Made by a program: the position numbers and the translations under genes. From Tubiluchus corallicola (Eukaryota; Animalia; Priapulida), in contig JAQGDQ010000100.1 in NCBI GenBank assembly GCA_030141605.1, forward strand, positions 496,001-560,000: DNA of 64,000 nucleotides, read 5' to 3'. This document shows positions 37,812 to 64,000 of this stretch, one piece after another. A model generated the notes under the pieces. That model was not told where the DNA came from. It saw nothing but the letters and a program-made list of their open reading frames with translations, and did not search any database. Every line of letters starts with the position of its first letter. Within the stretch, counting starts at the first letter, position 1.

Positions 37812-40800
37812 GAACTTGTAAATTCTAAAATTACGTGCAAATACAGAAAAATTTTGTTGAATTTTAATCATTAAGTAACTAAAGCCTTTAAGTTCTTCAG
37901 GTAGGCCTACAGTCAGTGTTATTACAGTGGTAATTACGAGTAATTAATGTCTATCTTTTTTACATTTTAGTCTGTATATTTATCAACATCCTGTCTTGCC
38001 GCATCCTCTGCATTTGTAGCATTGTCATTGCTGCGAGGTTCGACAGGAACAAAAACAAGAACAAACACTTGTATCTTTAAAGGAAAGAACAAGTCACTCA
38101 GCATGTTGGGGTTATTTTACTGATCACTTACACTTAGAAAAATATTACAAAGAAATTGGCAAAAAACTATCTATAAAGCATAAATTTAAAATATACTACA
38201 TCTGAGTAGAAATTTTCAGGCGTGGTGGTTGCCGCTATTCACTTGAAAATCATGGCGTAACTGGGAGACTTCGTGACTTTTTCGTAAGTGCACCGTGGCT
38301 TTCCGTAAGCTCTTCGTTGCTTAAATTAATTCAAATTTCTGAAGTTTTATCTAATGTTCACGTAAAAATATTACAAAATTAACTAGCCTTTTTTGTAAAA
38401 CCTTATCAGATTTTGGATGATGATTGACAGTTCGCTACTTTTCTTCAAGACGAAAGACGTCAGTGGAAGAAGAATGAGGGCGCCCGAGCAGGAAACGATC
38501 GCGACTTTACTTTTACTTTTATGTTTTTAAGTAATTTTACTAATTACGCAAGGCGCTTATCGCAGTTTCATTACTAAATCCTTCTATGATCTTTCGCGAA
38601 GATTGAAATAAGCCTAACTTCCCAAAAGGCTTGTTCTTTCCTTTAACAATGCCGTGCTGTTGAATAGGGGAATAATATCACTGCTTATGTACAACAAACA
38701 AGAGAAATGACCGAGCAGTGCAAGTCCTAACTAAAGTGCGCTTGTGAAATGTGTAGGCTCAAATGAGTAGTTTAGCTTTATCTGAAATGTTGTTTTAGTT
38801 ACATAAGTAATTCTAAAACAATAAATATCATTGCAAAAATGCTTGAAAATTGCAGAAAAAAATTATAGTAATTCAACAACTTCTAAACTATGTTAAATAT
38901 AGTTTTTATGAAATATAGCTAGAACAGTTGGTTATTTATTACTGCACATAAACCCATAACCAGGCTCGGGTTATGACCTTTTGGAGCCCCTAGGGTAATG
39001 AAATTATGGGCTCAGACGAAACCAGGCTCTAACCTGCCCGCACCCGTCTTGAATGTTTTTTACTAGAATTAGCTTGAAGTAAACTTATTGCAAATTCTTT
39101 AAATAAACTAGAATATCTATTCTTCAAGAAATACCACAATTGTGTGTAGGGTGTATGTAACCCATTAACCTAACTGTGCATGTACGACCGCTAGCAGCTA
39201 ACTAACGTCAAACATATTGGTCTATGGCTCCCTCCTCCGCTATAACACAAGCACGCTTAGCGGCATTCGGGACAACAGCGCACGCAGGACAACAACTATC
39301 TAAATTAAACTAAACAACATGACAGTCACAAGTAATGTCTAATCAGCAAATAAACTGATTGCGCTTTTTCATAAACACAAATTTGCAGAGCAGCAACTAT
39401 TTTTACTCGAGATTAACTCTTCAAGTAGCCAAAAAATGACTTTTCAATTTAAACAAAATGTAGAGAGGAAGCTTCAAAGCACTAGGCCTGCAAAATACAG
39501 AGACATAAGTATAATAAAGAAACTAAGCCAGTTAGCCTTGCTTTACAATAAAGAGTAACAAAAATATTGTTTCTCTTGTCTTTAAACATACGAACATCAA
39601 GCCTGCGATGTATTTTTTTCTATATTAACTGATCATGTGCTCATCTGCAAGATTTATTCAGTTTTTGTATTTTTCCGCTTGTTAGGCTACGGAAATGGAA
39701 CAAATTTGATTGTTCCACTCCATCGACGACCCTTATATTGAATGCCCGAGTTACGTAAGTCCCAATGGCATCTTTTAACCATGATTATAATAGGGTAAAA
39801 TGAACTAATATTACATTGATGCATATTTTGATGATGTAGTAGGTTTTGACTGTGAAAAACTCATTGAGGTTTATAAAAACTAGCCAGAAAAGAAAACATT
39901 TTGTTTTGTTCTTATTTAAAGTTCATCAAATGGTTGTTTTTATTTAACTTGCAAAGTCATAAACTAACTAAACTGCGCATTTTCTTAATTGCAAAATGAT
40001 TTAATCAGTAACTCATAGACGTAAGCGTTGTGCATTTCTTCCTATAATTGAAACTAGACTATATATTTCCACTAATTCACTTGCAATTTCAATTGACAAT
40101 AATAAAATTTAGAACCAGGCTAATATTTCACCTGCTAACTAATGAGAAGTTCATAACAGTATTAGACGGAGCTGTAGCTAAATGTCCCGAACGTACCTGC
40201 GTTAAGTAAGCTCTGCAGGAGTGTGAAATAACTTGCACGCTGATTGGGCAGTCAACTAAAATGATTGACACTATGTTAAACGTCAATTCAGCTATGATAA
40301 TTTACTTCACTGTAGATTACAGATTTGATTCGCGGGAGCACTTGTCGGCCCGCTTATACAACCCAATGGAATACCCGTAGGACTGGACTTGCAGTTTCCA
40401 TACAGCTATAGCTTGAAAAGTAATATTATCTCCTATTTGATGTATTTGAAGATTATTTTTGCCGCCTGTGTAGTATGGTGTAATTTGTATAAAGTTAGGG
40501 GGAACAATCTGACATAGTAGCATTTTTACAATGTATTTAATCGCACACACGCATATATTGTTAAATACGCAGCCAGTAACGTCAGGGCAAAAGTAAAGCA
40601 CCTTCTTTTTGTCTGTGCAAAGATTTTAGTTAATTTTTAAATAAATAAGATATGGTTATCAGCAATGTCTAAACTATATTTTGATGCCCAACTATATTTT
40701 GCCTTCACTCCTGTTTTAAAAGTGCACGCATTCTTCATGTTCCTTTATAGATTTTATATTCTAATCCCTATGAGCAAACAAGAATTTGTGAGAATGCTGA

Positions 40801-43118
40801 GGGTAGGCAGAAAATTTGCATGCGCTGCCGATCTGTGTAATAACGGTGACAACGGTTTTGCATTTTCTTGGTTTTATAATATAGTTGAAACAATTAAGCA
40901 ACACTTCTCTGGCCTATTATAATGATAGTTTTAGTGGACGCTAATGCAACATTCTGGCACATTTTTCGTATTGGCAACACTATATTATTAATTTCAAATC
41001 ATAGTTAAGCCGTCAGTGACGTTGGGTAATTGGTTGATAGGAGAGTCGTGTAGTGCATCGCTGCTTGATTAATTAAAGGAGGCAGTTTGATATCAGATAT
41101 CCGGCATTGACAGTGAAGTAAGATGAGCAGCAGCAGCTAAGCGCATTATACCAAGCCACATTCCGAAATTTATACTAGAAATGCAAACCTGTTATAGGGT
41201 AGGATTACCTGGGTTACCTCCAATAACTGAATGATATTGGAGTCACGTGTTTAAGTTTCGTTTTAAAAAAGGCAAAACAGGAGATTAATTAAACATGACG
41301 CAAACTAAGAAACGCAAATAAGCAGGGTTACCTGCAATGACGTCGGAGAACAGTGGCACATTTCGCAGGAAACAGAAGAGTAGAATTCACGGGAGTGCCA
41401 CGGTTTCCCACAATCAACGTTTTCCTGGACCGAAATTTTGACGGAATACCGCGTAGAAAAAAGAGTTTTAGCGGCGGTTGATGGGGCATTTCAAGCGAGT
41501 TTATAGTTATTTGCAAAGAGAAGAAACTGGGCTACAAGTCGATGTAGGCCGCATTTCAAGGTGCCTTCATGCCAGGAGGAATGGCTTAGAGTTGATTGTA
41601 GGTTCCATTCCGGGCGATTTTCGTCTGGAAAACTGTTCACTCAGAGCCATTGTTCTAACGTCGTCCAATTGTATTTTGTCTATATACATATATTTTGTCT
41701 TTTATTATTTAGCAATAGGAAAGATCGTCCCCCACCAAAATTTACTGGTCATTGCATATATGTACACAACTCAGGCTCACTCGCAATCGAATGTCTAATT
41801 TAATCTATAACCGAACGTAAACTAAAATTAAAATTATGAGCGTTTATTAACAGCAGGTAATAAACAGAGGCATATAACACTGTTCTGAGTACAGATTGTT
41901 CCCTATTCGGTTCTTTCGATCACTACAAATTTGCACATAATTCACTTACAGTCAAGGGTCTACTTTAGTCAACAGCCGTAGATGAATGAAGACGAATGAA
42001 GAAGGAAGATGAGCGTACAAGAAGATATTTGAATAGAACATCCTACTTATATGCCCACCACGAGTACTTTTGTTTCCAGTGCCTATTTCTGAGCAGTATT
42101 TCATATATACGCATGGTATTTAGTAGAGTAAACCGTCTCTCCTACACTTCTTGCTTTATTTCTGCATCAAGGTGACAAATAAAAATGTCTTCGTCTATGT
42201 CAATGTTTTTATTTTTAATTACCGTTGTAAGGTATAAAGTTCGTTTCTGTCACAGAGAACGCCTCATGACAGAAATACAAAAAATGATGCTTTTCTGATT
42301 AATTTCGATATTAATCAAGTTGCAGCCTTAGTTGGAATTATTTTTTTTTAGAAAATGCGCAGCACTCATAACAGGGACTGTTCGGCCATTTCCATGGACG
42401 TAGACTCACTGACAACACGTGAATTGAGAGTTCACAAAAATATAAAAAAATAAAATAATAAAAAAATATGAATCAAATTTTCGATATTTATAACGAATCA
42501 ATTTAAAACATTCGAGGGACTTGTCCCAATAAAAGTAAAATCATAAGTTGCAAGATGAAACACTCTATTCACGCCAATAATCCATTACTTTTCAAAGCAT
42601 CTGATTTTACAAGACTACAATATGCACAGAGAACAAAGAGGTTTTGCAAGATAGCAATAACATTTAATGACAAAATTTGCCTAAGAAAAATACACCTGCA
42701 CTTAGCAAAGGCTAGTCAGATTGCTCTTAAGACGCCATTACGTGCGCTGACAATATTTTTCGTATATGGTATAATTACTGTGTATTGGAGAACACTTAAG
42801 TGGCTTCGTTATAGATCTTTCTTAATTTGCAGATACAGATAGTTAGCCAACTCTTCGTTTTGAGGCCCTATAATTACATCTTCGTCTTGTTTGTTTCCTT
42901 GTTATTGCTGATAGCAGAGCGAGTGTGCAGAATCAGATACTTTGCGCATGTTCTATAACAACTGCGTATTATGTCATATTGGCCTGCTATTTGCACAACA
43001 GCGAATTTTAGGATTTACTTTTGCGGACGAAACGAATATAAGTCTAAAATATATTTATGAAACAAGAAGCATTAAGCTCAAAAACACTCTCACAATTTCT
43101 AAATTTCAGATAATTATT

Positions 43119-61684
<18,566 letters not shown>

Positions 61685-63044
61685 AAGCGACTGTCACATA
61701 AGAAAAACAATGCCATGTTACTTTTATTAATGTTATGAAGTCTGTGACTGCGAGAGATGTGTTAGAATTTTGTTTATTTGTTTGTACATGGAGTACAGAT
61801 AGATCTACAACTTTTTGTTTTTGTAGACAGCTGTGCAGTTTAGTAAATAATTATGCTCGGCAAGTGTTGGCAGATGTCTACCAAGTGCTTTTCTCATCCA
61901 TCATGTCATAATTAGTGTAAAGTTCAGCTTAGTTGCAGGCGCTGCGTCTCATACTTTAACTAGTATAACAGGTACATACAAATTTTGTTTATTTCATGTA
62001 CTTGGCACAAAACAAAGATGCTACCAATATCCAGATTAACCATGTACGGAAAATTTTCCTGTTTGCCATTCCATTTTGTGGGCCATTCCTGTAACAAACA
62101 GAAGAAATTGCACATTTAGAGTAGAATACATAAGTATACATAAGTGCAGCTTGTTACAATCCAAGACGCCGAAGCCATGTAGTGCAATGGGTAACGCGTG
62201 AAAAGGGGTCATGGCTCAATGGCAGAATGTTGTACAAATACTAATGCTAACTCTTGCTAAATTGTCACAATAAACCTAAAAGCCTTGCATGTTATCTATT
62301 GATATTAGTTATAGTAGTATATTAGTGATATTAGTATATTGACATTACTAATAGTTATACGTAATGTAATTTGCATAAAAATGCCTGGCTTGATTTCGAG
62401 TGAACCCTGAACTTCACGAGTACATATTTGCATACAATTTTATTGTATGAGAACTACCTAAGTTGGTAATAGTATTGAAGACCGATATAAAATACAAAAG
62501 AAATTACACAAAAGTTTGGACATTTTAAAAACGCAATTTAACTCCCCAAGGCATTACTTAACCCAGAAGACTGGAATGTGCCTGTTAATGGGGCTCTAGA
62601 ACAAAACATATTCTTTTGATAATTTTTTGTGTAACTAAGAAAAGAAAGCATATATAAGCATAGCATATATGTATTGTAATATGCACACACGCTGCCATTT
62701 AACAAGTTTTCATTGGAAAAAGTGGCACAGATAATAAGTCAATAAATGACTGTCACGTTACAATGAATAGCGGATAGCAATTAATGAATATCAACTAATA
62801 ATCACAAACAATGCAGATATAATATACAGACAACCTAGTTGTCGATGTAAATATTTTATCACAAGCAGAAGAGGCCTAATTGATTATATTGCCGCTGCGA
62901 ACAAAAACACAATAGCTCCATAATAATGTGCAGTGCAATTTAAACACAGGCAGTCAATGAATGTGCAAAATGCGAACAAAAAGCATAAACCATCCTGTTT
63001 TTGTGGTTACCTCTACGCACTTTGTATACATAGACATCCTGTAT

Positions 63045-63083
<39 letters not shown>

Positions 63084-63422
63084 TGTGATCATACATACCC
63101 ATTGTACCTAGTGATATAGAAAGTCATAAATGTGCTAGTGTAGATATTGAGATGGTAGTTGATGAATACAGTTAATTTGAAAAAGTTTATACCTGGCATT
63201 GCAGTTGAGGAAGGAAGTTAAAATTACACGACTTCAACAAGCTGATGCTAATGCCTAACAGGCACTTGTTAAAAAAATTACCATGAGGTCGAAGACCTGA
63301 AGTTGCCTTCGTGTCAATGCATTTTACAAAGCGATCAGCAGAAAAAAGGTTTGGAAGCAACCGTGCGATTAAATAAATGCTGATAAAGTGTGGTATGTGT
63401 AAAAACTCTACTAACTCGCGCT

Positions 63423-63909
63423 ATGTTACTCTTGATCTTGGCATTAACTTGGATAGCTAGCTTACGAACTGCTGCATTAAAGAAAGACAACTGGAATACA
63501 AGCTTTTCAACCTTGAATGAAAGTGCAAATAAAAAACCGTATGGATGGAATTATGTTTCATTTGCAGGCAATTTCGGTAATGTGAATGAAAAACCCATTC
63601 AGCACATAAGAGCTGCATACGCTATCGAAGATGCACGAATCTGAGCCGAGTATATTCTACCTTTTCTGGAAATGGTATGCAAAGCTTTGAATGTGACGTA
63701 CGAGGTTAAATATTTTAAGCTAACATTGAGCAGCTATATTGACGTAGCGGAATCTGGGAAATTTGATTTGATAGTAAGTCCACTTATTTGGACATCAGAA
63801 CGAACCAAGTCACTGTCTTTTATACCTTCCTGCTGGTCACGTCATGTAACATTTCTCATCAGGACTCCAGAGAAAGACGTTGATGGCTTGTCTCTTGTAG
63901 CACCAACAG
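63423..63909 (+). pseudogene. Ionotropic receptor / iGluR-like gene (signal peptide plus S1 ligand-binding lobe) with in-frame TGA; probably continues beyond the window
   Basis: ORFs 63390-63644 and 63672-63941 are in the same frame, separated only by TGA (63642-63644). Signal peptide MLLLILALTWIAS. S1 motifs FLEMVCKALNVTYEV and GKFDLIVSPLIWTSERTKSLSF...TFLIRTP...LVAP. Possible donor AG|GTACAT at 63910. Confidence 0.65.
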
Positions 63910-64000
63910 GTACATTACCTTGTACCGAAATCCGTTTGTGAGGCGAATTAAACACGTGTGTGGAATAGATGACTTTCTTGGTTGGGTTCATTGTTTACTG

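Noticed and set aside
40200-41860. GC-richer region with CCAAT/CRE-like motifs and ORFs 41328-41803
   Set aside because: Plausibly the promoter or 5' UTR of the GABA-B-like gene, but the ORFs have no recognisable motifs and no TSS can be fixed from sequence alone.
62165-62230. tRNA A-box-like motifs (tagtgcaatgg, tggctcaatgg)
   Set aside because: No B box or cloverleaf follows; at most SINE debris.
63642-63644. Selenocysteine recoding of the in-frame TGA
   Set aside because: Not a Cys/redox position in iGluR-type S1 domains, and no SECIS is visible (the 3' UTR is outside the window).

Overview
AT-rich, intron-dense eukaryotic DNA, most likely an invertebrate animal; the species cannot be determined from the sequence. 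I reconstructed three + strand genes by hand from splice sites and reading-frame phases. (1) A 36-coding-exon, ~1847-aa EVC2/limbin-like type I membrane protein (3927-30530). Its cytoplasmic coiled-coil region resembles vertebrate EVC2. Its ~850-aa ectodomain appears to be built from tandem Ig-like repeats resembling bacterial DUF11/fimbrial isopeptide-type domains, with furin-like sites in inserted loops. Two RFX X-box-like motifs lie in its putative promoter. (2) An 18-exon, ~813-aa GABA-B-type class C GPCR (43119-61684) with a divergent ligand pocket and a probable GC-AG intron. (3) The start of an ionotropic-receptor/iGluR-like gene with an in-frame TGA (63423 onward). Introns and intergenic DNA hold Tc1/pogo-like and Harbinger-like elements (one nested), two Helitron-like copies, LINE fragments, several palindromes and many microsatellites. 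No CRISPR array, rRNA or intact tRNA was seen. All homology calls are from motif recall, not database searches.
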